This document shows positions 19,417 to 29,824 of a stretch of 64,000 bases of DNA, one piece after another. Source of the stretch: a phage; sequence record PX068456.1; one strand, 5' to 3'. The stretch's first letter is position 1. The number at the start of each line of letters is the position of its first letter. Both the position numbers and the translations under genes were made by a program. The notes below the pieces were generated by a model. The model was given only the letters and a program-made list of their open reading frames with translations. It did not search any database and was not told where the DNA came from.

Positions 19417-19440
19417 TAATTAAATATTGTGTGAATATAA

Positions 19441-19462
19441 GGAGCCTAACGGCTCCTTTTCT
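19441..19462 (+). terminator. terminator-like hairpin (GGAGCCTAACGGCTCC + TTTT)
   Basis: same GGAGCC..GGCTCC stem family as the 20.6 kb terminator. Confidence 0.45.
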
Positions 19463-19476
19463 TTGAAGGAGATATA

Positions 19477-20208
19477 ATGAGCGAATTTGTAAACAACACC
19501 GCATTAAACTACCTGCAAACCCTCGAAAGCAATAGTGTAGATTTGATTCTTACTGACCCACCATATGCTATTTCTCGTGACACAAATTTTCAATCTGGAG
19601 AGCCTACTGGAAAAGATACGGATAGATTCCGTGTATCTTACAACTTTGGTGACTGGGATGTTGTAGATATTCCTTACTTTAGAGAAGTATTCAAAGAAGC
19701 CTATAGGGTGCTTAGAAAAGGTGGCACTTGCATAGTTTGGTATGATATCTGGAAGATCCAGGAGCTACGTGAAATCCTTGAACCGCTTGGTTTTCGTATG
19801 TTCCGTACTATTGAATGGATTAAAACAAACCCTGTACCCATCAACAGTGGTGTTAACTACCTTAGTAACGCTAAAGAGATGGCTATTGTTTGTGTTAAAG
19901 GTTCGAAGCCAACCTTCAATGCTTCCTACCATAAGGGTGTGTTTGAGTATCCTATCTATCAAGGAGCAGATCGTTTTCATCCAACACAAAAACACTTGAC
20001 TTTGTTTTGTGACCTTATTAATATACATACCAACGAAGGAGATGTAGTCTTAGACTTCTTCTCTGGAAGTGCAACAACACAAATTGCGGCACTTTTAACA
20101 GGTAGAGAATACTTAGGCTGTGAAGCCGATGTAAATATTTTTAAGCAAGCGGAGGAACGACTAAATGAGTACACTGAACAGCAAAATCACCCTGAAAGCA
20201 CTGATTAA
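19477..20208 (+). CDS. DNA methyltransferase (amino-MTase, DPPY motif; N6-adenine or N4-cytosine)
   Basis: LILTDPPYA near the N-terminus and LDFFSGSATT (FxGxG-like AdoMet motif) near the C-terminus. Confidence 0.8.
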   Translation: MSEFVNNTALNYLQTLESNSVDLILTDPPYAISRDTNFQSGEPTGKDTDRFRVSYNFGDWDVVDIPYFREVFKEAYRVLRKGGTCIVWYDIWKIQELREILEPLGFRMFRTIEWIKTNPVPINSGVNYLSNAKEMAIVCVKGSKPTFNASYHKGVFEYPIYQGADRFHPTQKHLTLFCDLINIHTNEGDVVLDFFSGSATTQIAALLTGREYLGCEADVNIFKQAEERLNEYTEQQNHPESTD

Positions 20209-20596
20209 CAACGGTATGAATTTGGACTCTGGTCTGTCTCCAAAGATTTCTATGGCACGACTGGAACAAGTTACTGGTCTTCGTCAAGTAAGTAATGGCG
20301 GTAAGATTATTCGTGATGACGCTGTACCTTTTAATAAATTTCAGATTGAACGTCACTACGATCCTGTAACTGCAAGTCTTACTGGTGTAACTTTCTCAGG
20401 TTATCGTACTGCTGGATACCAACGTAAGGTTGTAGCTGAACGTATTAAGAGTCGCAAACAGAAAATTGCAACATTGAAGAAACTGGTAGAGAAAGATGTT
20501 TCAGAACTTCTTAACCTGTATGAAACTCTTGAGACAAAAGGTGAAAATCATAAACTCTTTTCTAAAGAAGATGTAAGCGTAATTTTCACTGATTAA
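20165..20596 (+). CDS. hypothetical protein (overlaps MTase 3' end)
   Basis: RBS GGAGGAA; 44-nt out-of-frame overlap. Confidence 0.4.
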   Translation: MSTLNSKITLKALINNGMNLDSGLSPKISMARLEQVTGLRQVSNGGKIIRDDAVPFNKFQIERHYDPVTASLTGVTFSGYRTAGYQRKVVAERIKSRKQKIATLKKLVEKDVSELLNLYETLETKGENHKLFSKEDVSVIFTD

Positions 20597-20607
20597 GATA
20601 AAAGAAA

Positions 20608-20630
20608 AGGAGCCTAATGGCTCCTTTTTT
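20608..20630. terminator. bidirectional terminator (AAGGAGCCTAATGGCTCCTTTTTT) at the convergence point of the two modules
   Basis: GC hairpin flanked by an A-run upstream and a T-run downstream, between the last plus-strand gene and the last minus-strand gene. Confidence 0.6.
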
Positions 20631-20631
20631 A

Positions 20632-23451
20632 TTAGTCGTAATATTTCAAACCTGTAATAAAGACTGATCCCCAATCGTACAAGCTGGAGTAGTTTATTGT
20701 CCAAGTAGATGCCGTACCAGAGAATACGTCACGAACAACGTCTCCGTTGGAATAGTAAACATCCACACCAGTATGTCCGTTCCTTGGTATAGTGAAGGAT
20801 ACTCCTCCTAAATTTCCAGGATACGTGCAGACATAAGGCGATCCAGCTTTTGATGTTTCTCCTGTAGAAGCACCTTCAAGCTGTGGCAACCAAACTGCAA
20901 GGTTACTAGTACCATCCCCAGCGAAAATCTCCGCACCAGTTGCATCCAAGGCAATTATTTCAAAACTTATGGAGGACTGTTTGGCTATCCCTGTTTTATG
21001 CAGAATAGCACGATACCAACCGTTGCCCATAGATATAATATTAGCTTCACTTCCTGTGAATGTACCTGCTGCTAAATCAAAAGTACCCTCATTAACTTCA
21101 GTTCCTGCTTTTAATCTTAGTTTGGCCTTAGTAATCCCGTTCGCTTTCAAGAAAACAGAGGCAGACCAGTTACGTCCGGCAGATATGTTGTACGCGTTAG
21201 TATATGTTGCAGTTAAGATATGACTACCAGAGGTTGTAGTCGGAGTTAATTTGAATACATTAGCAGTAGTTCCAGCCGGAGAGTTATCAGATGAAGCTGC
21301 AACAGTTAAGTTGGTCTTTACCCACGGGCTTGCACTTGTTAAGGCGTTGTTGACAAAAATTTGTGTAGCTGTGTTAGCTGTTACACGTCTACCTACAGGG
21401 GTAGTGCCAACATACTCCAACGGAGCAACCAAGGTGTTAGTGGCTACAAGTGTATCTCCAGAAGCACGAGCAAAAGAGTTCCCACCATTAACCTTAACAT
21501 CTGATGGAAGAGTTTCTTGCGTCAAATCATAGTCCATCACGACAGGTTTATCTTCTACTTTTCCTGCTGTAACGCTAACATTAAAACGTACTAAAGGAGA
21601 TAACACATCATTTGCTTCGTCATAATATGCAACATCAAATATCGTAGTACCTGCTGCAAAACCATATTGTTCTACTTGATCTGCATAGGTAAACGTATAA
21701 CTGTTCGTATTAAGCGTTTGTTCAGTTAATACAGATGCTGTTAAGACGTTAATATTACGGAAGTAGTGTTTACTATAACCTTGAGCATCCCATGCTAAGA
21801 TTGTATCTTGATTAGGTTGGGAAGTAGCTGTTGCTCCAGTTGGAACAGCCATATCAACCCAAACAGGTGACGTTGATGTTAGGTCTGTACCGTCTGCTGC
21901 TGATTTAGCAAGTTTTGTAGCTGCTGTCTGGTATACAGAAGAAATATAATGGATACGACCATCAATACCTTCTTCATAAACATAACCACTGTAACGTTCA
22001 GCACCATCTACCCAAGAACCAATGATAACATCATCACGTGCCGTAGAGATGGCTCTTTGTACATTTCTGTATTTCTGCCAATCCACACCATTAACTTCTA
22101 CACCATATAGATAAGAACGTCCTAGGATCTGCCAAACAATTTTTGCTTGAGAAGCAGGAACTATTGTACGCATCTTATCAAAGATAGCTATCGTAGCATC
22201 ATGGTAACGTGTAGTGTTACTGTATCTACCTGCAACAGTCGAAGATGCTGATACAGCATCATTTTCACCTTGTCCCCAAATAATCGCTTTAACCTTACTT
22301 GCATAAGGTGTGACTTTAGTGATAAAGTTAGTTAAGCATGGCCCGTCTGCTGTGTTATCCAGATCATACCAGTAGTTGTCTGGTGTACCTGTTCCGGCTT
22401 TATCATCTGCATATTTATCTGCTGCTGACGATCCAGAAGCTGTATTTAACGGGAGAACTTCAGCATTTGCTAAACCACGTTGCGTAGCATATGCATTACG
22501 GGCTGTTGTGCTACTCATTGCTGCTTTATTTGCACCAGATAGTTCTGTAAAGTGTGCATTTACGTTATCTTGTCCAGCAAAGACAATAACTTCTTTAATG
22601 AATGAATCATCTGTAGCTATTGAGTTATTAAAGATAACGGGTGCTGCTTTGGTGCTCTTAACGCTAATTTTAAGGTATGTTGGAGCAAACCCATAAAGAG
22701 GAATAGAGTCAGAGATATCAAAGTAAGCGTAAGTATTCGTGGTTGTTGTAGTCCACTGGACACTGTTATTACTTAAATCTAATACTTCTACAGTATAAGT
22801 ATCACCATCTAGCGGATCAGCTACATCCCAAGCAACACGAACGTCTCCGTAGCTGTTTGCCACGGCTGTTACATTAGAAATAACAGGAACAGCATTAACA
22901 CCTAAATAAGAACTATCAGAGGCCACCACTGTTCCTTGATAAGTTGCAGTGCAACCTATACGGCAACTGCCATCTTTAAGAGCAGTTATTAATCCTGTAG
23001 GACTTACAGTAGCTACTTCTGGATCTGTTGTGGTGTACGTAATTACCATATCTGGAAGGTCTTTAGCACCTTCTGGACTGATTGTAGCAACCAATTGTTG
23101 AGTAGTTCCTGCATCCATAGCAGACAGACTTTCAGTGTACACACTTAATTCTGAAGCATAGCCACCAGATTGATCAGTTAAGACAGCACCTAAATTATTT
23201 TTAGCTGTCATTATTGCATCAAAACCGCCTTCAGCAACAAACTCCATCATACCGTTATTATCTATAACCATTTTGGTATTATCTGAAGATGAAAAAGCTA
23301 TATCAAATAACGCACCATCTTCCGGTGAAACTGTGTATGTCAGTTGCTTTTTACTACCAACTATTGCAATACCAATAGAGGAAGTGGTTATAGATGTAGC
23401 TGTTACTACTGAAGCTGATGTTGTTGACATAAATAAAGGAATAGGATACAT
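20632..23451 (-). CDS. tail fiber/receptor-binding protein with Ig-like domain and SGNH/sialate-O-acetylesterase-like domain
   Basis: 939 aa; N-terminal Ig-like stretch; VIFAGQDNV and AIIWGQGENDA resemble SGNH esterase blocks. Confidence 0.55.
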   Translation of the reverse strand: MYPIPLFMSTTSASVVTATSITTSSIGIAIVGSKKQLTYTVSPEDGALFDIAFSSSDNTKMVIDNNGMMEFVAEGGFDAIMTAKNNLGAVLTDQSGGYASELSVYTESLSAMDAGTTQQLVATISPEGAKDLPDMVITYTTTDPEVATVSPTGLITALKDGSCRIGCTATYQGTVVASDSSYLGVNAVPVISNVTAVANSYGDVRVAWDVADPLDGDTYTVEVLDLSNNSVQWTTTTTNTYAYFDISDSIPLYGFAPTYLKISVKSTKAAPVIFNNSIATDDSFIKEVIVFAGQDNVNAHFTELSGANKAAMSSTTARNAYATQRGLANAEVLPLNTASGSSAADKYADDKAGTGTPDNYWYDLDNTADGPCLTNFITKVTPYASKVKAIIWGQGENDAVSASSTVAGRYSNTTRYHDATIAIFDKMRTIVPASQAKIVWQILGRSYLYGVEVNGVDWQKYRNVQRAISTARDDVIIGSWVDGAERYSGYVYEEGIDGRIHYISSVYQTAATKLAKSAADGTDLTSTSPVWVDMAVPTGATATSQPNQDTILAWDAQGYSKHYFRNINVLTASVLTEQTLNTNSYTFTYADQVEQYGFAAGTTIFDVAYYDEANDVLSPLVRFNVSVTAGKVEDKPVVMDYDLTQETLPSDVKVNGGNSFARASGDTLVATNTLVAPLEYVGTTPVGRRVTANTATQIFVNNALTSASPWVKTNLTVAASSDNSPAGTTANVFKLTPTTTSGSHILTATYTNAYNISAGRNWSASVFLKANGITKAKLRLKAGTEVNEGTFDLAAGTFTGSEANIISMGNGWYRAILHKTGIAKQSSISFEIIALDATGAEIFAGDGTSNLAVWLPQLEGASTGETSKAGSPYVCTYPGNLGGVSFTIPRNGHTGVDVYYSNGDVVRDVFSGTASTWTINYSSLYDWGSVFITGLKYYD

Positions 23452-23468
23452 TTAATCTCCTTAAATAA

Positions 23469-23486
23469 TAAGCCCCCGAAGGGGCT
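23469..23486 (-). terminator. terminator-like hairpin (AAGCCCCCGAAGGGGCTT)
   Basis: GC stem between two tail fiber genes. Confidence 0.4.
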
Positions 23487-23490
23487 TTGA

Positions 23491-25461
23491 TTATGTGCGT
23501 TTAGCAACAATAGCATCCACGTAATCGCCAACACCACAATATGTTAGTTGTAGTATTGTTACTCCGTTAGGATCTGTATTAATATCACTAGAACCAATTA
23601 CTTTGTAAGATGGATCTAAAGTAACAGTACGACCTCCAGTGGCATCTTGGATAAGATAAACTATTGCAGAGAATGGTTTAGGTTTTGTACTATCTTCGAC
23701 ACCAGGCCATGCTTTTATAGTAGCGTTACCAGTAAGATTCAACACATTCATGTTATGTGTTCCTGGAGGTGTCCAGTCACCTGTAACAGAATTGTTGGTA
23801 TATGCTGTAACCTCTATAAAATTAGTTGTTACTTTTGTTGGAACTATATCTTGACCATCTACAGAATTAGTGAGTTCTTCCCATGCCCCATCTTTACGAG
23901 CATAAGTCTTACCATCACTAGGTGCATCTGTGATACTAGGTAGTGTACCTTGAGAAGTCCAGACCGTTGCAGATGTTTTTAAGAACACCTCGCCAGTGGA
24001 GATATTAAAGGCATAATCACCTTGTTTACCATCACTAGAGATTGGATCTGTTGTTTTAACAATCCAAGTTGCACCGTCTGTACCGTTAGTACCAGCGTCA
24101 CCTTTCTCACCTTTTTCACCCTTATCACCTTTCAAACTACCCATATCTACATATTCAGCAGTTTGAGTTTGTTCATTATAGGTGTAAATGTAAAGATGAC
24201 CTGTATCTTCCGTCAGATAAGCATCACCGTAATTGGCTGTAGGAGGAAGCGCACTTGCAGACGCAACGTGTCCTTTTGCAGTGATTGGAGTACCAGCTAA
24301 ACGACCAACATTTGTCCACTCTGTGGCTCCTTGCAACCAGACCCAAAGTTCACTATTGATCAGATAACCATCACCCTCTTCTCCAGTTTGTGGTAGTTCA
24401 GAAGTGTTAGTCAGAATGTCAATAATGGTCAACCCTGCACCAGTTGGCCCCGTCAAGCCTTGTATACCCTGTTCACCTTGATCACCCTTGTCTCCCTTAT
24501 CACCTTTTTCTCCTTTCAGAGAGGCAATATATTCGTCAATAGTACCAACGTTACCAGCATTTAACCAGACTTGATAAGCTGAATCACCAGTGTTACCCTT
24601 ATCTCCTTTGTCGCCTTTATCTCCTTTTGGCCCCACTATAGCACCCATATTAATCCATTCTACACCGTTTGACACGTATAGATATGTACCAACACTCCAT
24701 GCTTGAGATGTGTTTCCATGAGATGCAGAAGGAAGATCTGAAACGGAATTAGCTGCGCCTTGGTAATCAAAACCATTAGCATTGTTACCTGGCACACCTT
24801 GTGGCCCCTCTGGGCCAGGCTCCCCTTTATCACCTTTAATTGAAGCAAGATAGTCTAGTTCTGTACCTTCATTTCCTGCTGCAAGCCATACTTCATAAGC
24901 AGATTTACCTTCTGGCCCCTGTGAGTTTACTTTTCTCCAAGCAGTACCATCCCAAGCATACATATTCTCGCCTACAATCCATGCATCCCCTGCATTGTTT
25001 CCACTTGTAGGTAATTGGTTGGTATTAGATAGTGTCCCTAATAGCTTTAATGGAGCACCTGGATCACCTTTTAAAGAAGCCAACCACTGTGTCTCAGTAC
25101 CTTGGAAACCATTGTCTACGGCAATCTGGTAAGCTGATTTACCAGCTTCTGGGATGGATTCTCTAAGATCTTCAATTTCAGCTTCAATAGCATCTAATTC
25201 TGATTCTATTTGAGCAATGTCATCTGCATTACCCACATTTTTCCAAGCTGTATCTGAAATCCCTCCAGTAGATGTAGGAGTAGAGTTAGCAGGTACAACT
25301 TTAGGTAGAGAACCTTTCCACTGATAGTAGTTACCGTCAGCTTCAAAGAGCAATGCTTCACGAGCATCTCTTAAGGTAAAACCACTTGCAAAACTTCTAC
25401 GCTTTCTATAGCGAGACTCTACCATGTCTGCAATGGCACTATTTGGACGTGTTAAAATCAC
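23491..25461 (-). CDS. tail fiber protein with collagen-like Gly-X-Y repeats
   Basis: GTG start after AAAGGAG; repeated GDKGDKGDKG, GEKGDKGDKGDQGEQGIQGLTGPTG, GDKGEKGEKGDAG tracts. Confidence 0.7.
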   Translation of the reverse strand: MILTRPNSAIADMVESRYRKRRSFASGFTLRDAREALLFEADGNYYQWKGSLPKVVPANSTPTSTGGISDTAWKNVGNADDIAQIESELDAIEAEIEDLRESIPEAGKSAYQIAVDNGFQGTETQWLASLKGDPGAPLKLLGTLSNTNQLPTSGNNAGDAWIVGENMYAWDGTAWRKVNSQGPEGKSAYEVWLAAGNEGTELDYLASIKGDKGEPGPEGPQGVPGNNANGFDYQGAANSVSDLPSASHGNTSQAWSVGTYLYVSNGVEWINMGAIVGPKGDKGDKGDKGNTGDSAYQVWLNAGNVGTIDEYIASLKGEKGDKGDKGDQGEQGIQGLTGPTGAGLTIIDILTNTSELPQTGEEGDGYLINSELWVWLQGATEWTNVGRLAGTPITAKGHVASASALPPTANYGDAYLTEDTGHLYIYTYNEQTQTAEYVDMGSLKGDKGEKGEKGDAGTNGTDGATWIVKTTDPISSDGKQGDYAFNISTGEVFLKTSATVWTSQGTLPSITDAPSDGKTYARKDGAWEELTNSVDGQDIVPTKVTTNFIEVTAYTNNSVTGDWTPPGTHNMNVLNLTGNATIKAWPGVEDSTKPKPFSAIVYLIQDATGGRTVTLDPSYKVIGSSDINTDPNGVTILQLTYCGVGDYVDAIVAKRT

Positions 25462-25479
25462 TTTACTACTCCTTTTATA

Positions 25480-25497
25480 AAGGGGCTTTCGCCCCTT
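25480..25497 (-). terminator. terminator-like hairpin (AAGGGGCTTTCGCCCCTT)
   Basis: GC stem. Confidence 0.4.
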
Positions 25498-25501
25498 TTA
25501 A

Positions 25502-27916
25502 TTAAGCATTATTGACAGTAACAAAAGTAACAGGGTTCAGAGCTTTAATTTGTGTATTCTCTGCTGTAGGTGTTACAATTGGATCTGCAATATCTATTGT
25601 GTACAAACTATTTGTCACATATGTAGCACGTGCTATAGTTGTCACAAGATCGCCGCCATTTGCACCTGCACCTGGAATAACAATCTTAGTACCTGCTGCT
25701 TTAGCGTAGCCATTACTAGCCCAGTTTAAAGCATTAGACTGTAGATAGGTTTGACCTGTAACAGTTGCTTTTATTTTCTCGTTGTCACTAAAGAAAGCAC
25801 CACCTACTGTAACAACATGTTTTTTACCGCTGGCACAATGAATAACTGTTCCAGTAGGGAAGTCACGCCCACCTGGGAATTCATCATAATCTGTAAAATA
25901 TTGTTCAGAAATAGTGGTTAAAACTGGCCCACGATGACCTGTACCATCAACAGCAGTTGGAACACCAAAGTTATTTCCAACCTGATCGCAACGATCCGTG
26001 TAGATTTTAGCAAAGGAAACTGTTGTTTCATCTCCGCTAAGTGCTGTACATCCTACCCACTTCATATATGTGAATTGGCTGCGAGCATAGAAACCGCCAC
26101 CACTTCCTTCTCCGCTTCCGTGTTGACCAATAAAGTCAATACTACGGCAACGAATATTATTAAAAGTAGAGCTAGATGGTAGCCCACGCCATTTAAAATC
26201 ATTACAATTGATGTTACTAACAATTGTAGAGTTTTCCCAGGCGTCTGATCCAGCCGTTGCAATCTCAATCGAAGATTCTGGAATATCCAAATTCTTAATT
26301 GTAAAGTTAATTGGTGGCCCCGCATATCTTCCACCGTTAACACCCCAGTCAATAAAGACCATGCGTGTTGAAACAGACGGATCATTAAGCAGATAACCAG
26401 TTAAACCATCAACTTCAAAGTCTTGGCATCCGTATAATGCAACACCACAAGTAGTTAAACCTGTACCTGTTGAAACTGCTGTGTTAGGATAAACTTCGTT
26501 ATCACGTATTGTGAAGTTTTTACCCATTTCAACGTGTAGACATTGACGGCAATTGTAAACTCTATTTCCAACGATACTGAAGTTACGTACATATTGTGAA
26601 TCAGGAGCATCAACACCATATGGGCCACTACCTGCTACACCAATACCAATACCCCAGTTTGCACCTTGTCCAGAAGCATCTACGTTAGCAATGTGGTTAT
26701 TCTCGATGATCAAACCTTCAGTGTAGTGTCTTTGAACTACGTTAAGTTCAATAGCATCACCTTTAATATCGTGAATATAGTTGTTAGAGTAACGCCCATA
26801 GGTCATTACTTCTCCAGTACCTTGTTGCAGGATCGCATATTTACAACCATACATTTCGTTGTAACTGAAGTCCAACGTACCTTCACTTGTCATTGCTTGC
26901 ATTAAGAATGCTGCTGTAGATGTTGCGTTGGAGAAGATATTACGATAGAATCGGCAATCACCACCTAACATCTTAACATAACATTTTTCAAAGCGAACGT
27001 TTTCAATCCAACAGGACACAGTAGAAATCATTGTTCCACCGTTACCAGTGAATGTACCACCATACCAACGAATACCAGACATAGCAATTGAGCTTGTGAA
27101 TCTATAATTCTTATCTGCTCGTACTTGAATGTTATTCGTGTTAGCGAAAGTAATGGTTTTTAGAATTGCTTGAGTATCATCGGTAACTCCATCACCAATT
27201 GCACCAAACTGCTCAGGCGTTACAAAGTATTGAGCTTGTAACAGGTTGCCTCCAGATGGAAGACCAACCATTGCTGCACCAGTGGTAGATGACAAAAGGT
27301 TTTTCTCTACGTAAGAAGTAGAGGCTGTTGTTTTACCAATAAAAGCAAACAATTTGTTAGGTAGACCAGTAGACGGATCTAAACCTAATGGTTCTGCCAG
27401 AATAATTTTACTATCTTTGATAGTAAATGCTTCACCCTGAATCTGAATTACACCGTTAATGGTGACAATAGCATTATCAAAGATATAAGGAGGACTGATT
27501 TCTGTTTCATATCCTGTAGCACCTTTAAAATACCAAGGATACACATCTGAAGCTAACTGTTCAGTTTTAAGAGCATACAGAGTCCAGTTACTGTCTCCTA
27601 CAGGTGTACCCTGCATAGGTACAGGGTTCGCAGTAGTGGCAGATGGAGCATAGTAGTACCCACTCAAGATACCGTTTTCAAAATAACGTAACTGGTTAAA
27701 TACAGTTTCAGTTGATCCTGCTGACCAAGCAACAGGACTCTTAAAGAAGAAGTTATCAACAAGTGCTTTACGCAGTGTAGGTATTAAACCTGTTTCGGTT
27801 TCTACAGTTGCTGTAGCATCCCCGTTAATAACATCATGCATCTGGTTAGACGAGAATATAACCAGATCAACACCTTGTTCTAGTGTCGTAGCAGGATATG
27901 TTGGAAAATTCGCCAT
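25502..27916 (-). CDS. tailspike protein with pectate-lyase-like parallel beta-helix (candidate depolymerase)
   Basis: 804 aa; QFGAIGDGVTDDTQAI motif typical of beta-helix glycosidases/lyases; repetitive N/G-rich strands. Confidence 0.6.
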   Translation of the reverse strand: MANFPTYPATTLEQGVDLVIFSSNQMHDVINGDATATVETETGLIPTLRKALVDNFFFKSPVAWSAGSTETVFNQLRYFENGILSGYYYAPSATTANPVPMQGTPVGDSNWTLYALKTEQLASDVYPWYFKGATGYETEISPPYIFDNAIVTINGVIQIQGEAFTIKDSKIILAEPLGLDPSTGLPNKLFAFIGKTTASTSYVEKNLLSSTTGAAMVGLPSGGNLLQAQYFVTPEQFGAIGDGVTDDTQAILKTITFANTNNIQVRADKNYRFTSSIAMSGIRWYGGTFTGNGGTMISTVSCWIENVRFEKCYVKMLGGDCRFYRNIFSNATSTAAFLMQAMTSEGTLDFSYNEMYGCKYAILQQGTGEVMTYGRYSNNYIHDIKGDAIELNVVQRHYTEGLIIENNHIANVDASGQGANWGIGIGVAGSGPYGVDAPDSQYVRNFSIVGNRVYNCRQCLHVEMGKNFTIRDNEVYPNTAVSTGTGLTTCGVALYGCQDFEVDGLTGYLLNDPSVSTRMVFIDWGVNGGRYAGPPINFTIKNLDIPESSIEIATAGSDAWENSTIVSNINCNDFKWRGLPSSSTFNNIRCRSIDFIGQHGSGEGSGGGFYARSQFTYMKWVGCTALSGDETTVSFAKIYTDRCDQVGNNFGVPTAVDGTGHRGPVLTTISEQYFTDYDEFPGGRDFPTGTVIHCASGKKHVVTVGGAFFSDNEKIKATVTGQTYLQSNALNWASNGYAKAAGTKIVIPGAGANGGDLVTTIARATYVTNSLYTIDIADPIVTPTAENTQIKALNPVTFVTVNNA

Positions 27917-28257
27917 TAATTTTTGTCCTTACTTTGTGTGCGCTTCGTAATCTCCTCTAGCATTAATTGAACAGGAGCATTTTTTAAATCCATTATTTTT
28001 TCAATCTTCTGTTCTAAGGCAGTATTATTTGCCATTAATGTAGAGTTGATCTGGTTAAGCATTTGAGCAAGTTCTGCTTTGGTAGCATAAGTGGATTCAA
28101 CAAACACCAACTTCTTTTCTAGTTCACGGTATTTGTCTTCCATTTTATCCAAATCACTTGCTATATCATCTATCTTCTGTTTGAAGACCACCCAGATTAC
28201 ACCAATAAGAGGGATAATCGCCTCTTTAGCGATATCCCATACTTCTGTTAGCTCCAT
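27916..28257 (-). CDS. small membrane-anchored coiled-coil protein
   Basis: one N-terminal hydrophobic helix (IIPLIGVIWVVF) followed by coiled coil. Confidence 0.4.
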   Translation of the reverse strand: MELTEVWDIAKEAIIPLIGVIWVVFKQKIDDIASDLDKMEDKYRELEKKLVFVESTYATKAELAQMLNQINSTLMANNTALEQKIEKIMDLKNAPVQLMLEEITKRTQSKDKN

Positions 28258-28266
28258 ACATTACCC

Positions 28267-28818
28267 CTATTTCTTAGGTCTTGTAGGCCAAGTTATATTA
28301 GGTGCATCTTCAACGTTAATTTGAATCAGTGTTGCACGATATAGTTTAACTTTTCCTAACCAATCTTTTTGTTCTTCAGATAAACCTTGTAATTCCTCTA
28401 AATCTTGAATTGCAGATATTTGATTTGTGGCCCAAGTTAATTCTTTTTCCATTTTAAGGTTGGCATCTTCTATTGCAAACCCATTATGAGAAATAAACTT
28501 ACCATTGTCATATTTCCACGATCCTAGATTGCTTTCTTCTTCTATCTTATCTGGAACATTGTATGTTACAAGAACAGTAAGACCAGCGGGAAAATATGTA
28601 GAAACATCTTTCGTAGCTGCAACAACTACATTGTTGTGATCTAGAGTTAAGAAATAGGCATCAGGGTAATTTTTGGATAAATATTTCTGAATTTCGTACC
28701 AATCATTACCATCTTTATCTTTAAGAAAACCAGCACCTATTGAAAGATAGATGACATTTTCTTCTGTCAATTCTGGTTGATATAGTTCAAAGCCAGTGTA
28801 AATAACATCTTTTTTCAT
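28267..28818 (-). CDS. hypothetical structural/assembly protein
   Basis: ORF in tail fiber region. Confidence 0.4.
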   Translation of the reverse strand: MKKDVIYTGFELYQPELTEENVIYLSIGAGFLKDKDGNDWYEIQKYLSKNYPDAYFLTLDHNNVVVAATKDVSTYFPAGLTVLVTYNVPDKIEEESNLGSWKYDNGKFISHNGFAIEDANLKMEKELTWATNQISAIQDLEELQGLSEEQKDWLGKVKLYRATLIQINVEDAPNITWPTRPKK

Positions 28819-28830
28819 GTGTTCTCCTTA

Positions 28831-29811
28831 CTAAACGTTGGTTACTGTTATCCACCTACCATTAATGTAATATTGTAGTGGGGCAGACCAATACCAAGCA
28901 CCACGAAGTTCTTTCTTATCACCAAAACCCCAGCCTGTGATCACGTGACCAGCATAGAAAGGAGATTCAGATACACCAGCTTTAATACGTGTACCTAAAC
29001 GGATAGAAGACACAACAGAGGAAACTCTATTGTTAATGTTATTAATTTGGCCTTGCAAGTTACTATTAACGTTGTTAATATTATTTTGCAGTGTACTTTG
29101 CAATGAGTTTAGTCTTGAGTTAAGATAATCTAATCTTACAAGAGCATTACCATTGCCAGTATCTTGACCAGAATTAGAACGAGGATTGTCTATTAAAACA
29201 TAACCTGCATCATACAAACGGACTCCACAAGATGTTCCTCCAGTAGATGGATTTATTCTATAAATATAGAGTTGACCACCTGCACCTGGTTCAGAAGACA
29301 TATTGCCTACTGTTTGTCCATTATAGTTTCTAAAAAATAATGTTGCAGGATCTGTAGCACCTGTACCACAAGTGTAAATATCACCTGCATAGATAGCACC
29401 ACCATTATCACGCTTAACAAGGACATTCCCTACAACTTGGTTTGATGTTGCGTCTGTAATGTTAGCTGATAAGTGATTATGGCTGTTATCTACGACTTGA
29501 ATAGATAATGTTACAGCAGCATTACCATTCCATGTAACTTCACCTGTAGCATCACCTGCCATTGTAATTTTAGTACCGACTATAGGAAGATATGTAGTAG
29601 GCAATGTTGGGAAGAATTCATCTTGCATATAACGAATCCAAGACCCAATATTGTTTAAGATCCAGTTCATTTCTTCACAAGTCATAATCTGACCAAAGTC
29701 CATACCGACATTACGGATGGTTTCTTTTGGTCTAATCTTGTTTGTGTTTCCCGTTCCTGGGAGGGTTACTGTTTGTGTCGCCCAGTCAGGGTAGTATTGT
29801 GGCTTTGCCAT
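28831..29811 (-). CDS. tail fiber-like protein
   Basis: N/Q/S-rich C-terminal region; position. Confidence 0.4.
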   Translation of the reverse strand: MAKPQYYPDWATQTVTLPGTGNTNKIRPKETIRNVGMDFGQIMTCEEMNWILNNIGSWIRYMQDEFFPTLPTTYLPIVGTKITMAGDATGEVTWNGNAAVTLSIQVVDNSHNHLSANITDATSNQVVGNVLVKRDNGGAIYAGDIYTCGTGATDPATLFFRNYNGQTVGNMSSEPGAGGQLYIYRINPSTGGTSCGVRLYDAGYVLIDNPRSNSGQDTGNGNALVRLDYLNSRLNSLQSTLQNNINNVNSNLQGQINNINNRVSSVVSSIRLGTRIKAGVSESPFYAGHVITGWGFGDKKELRGAWYWSAPLQYYINGRWITVTNV

Positions 29812-29824
29812 TAAGAGTAACTCC

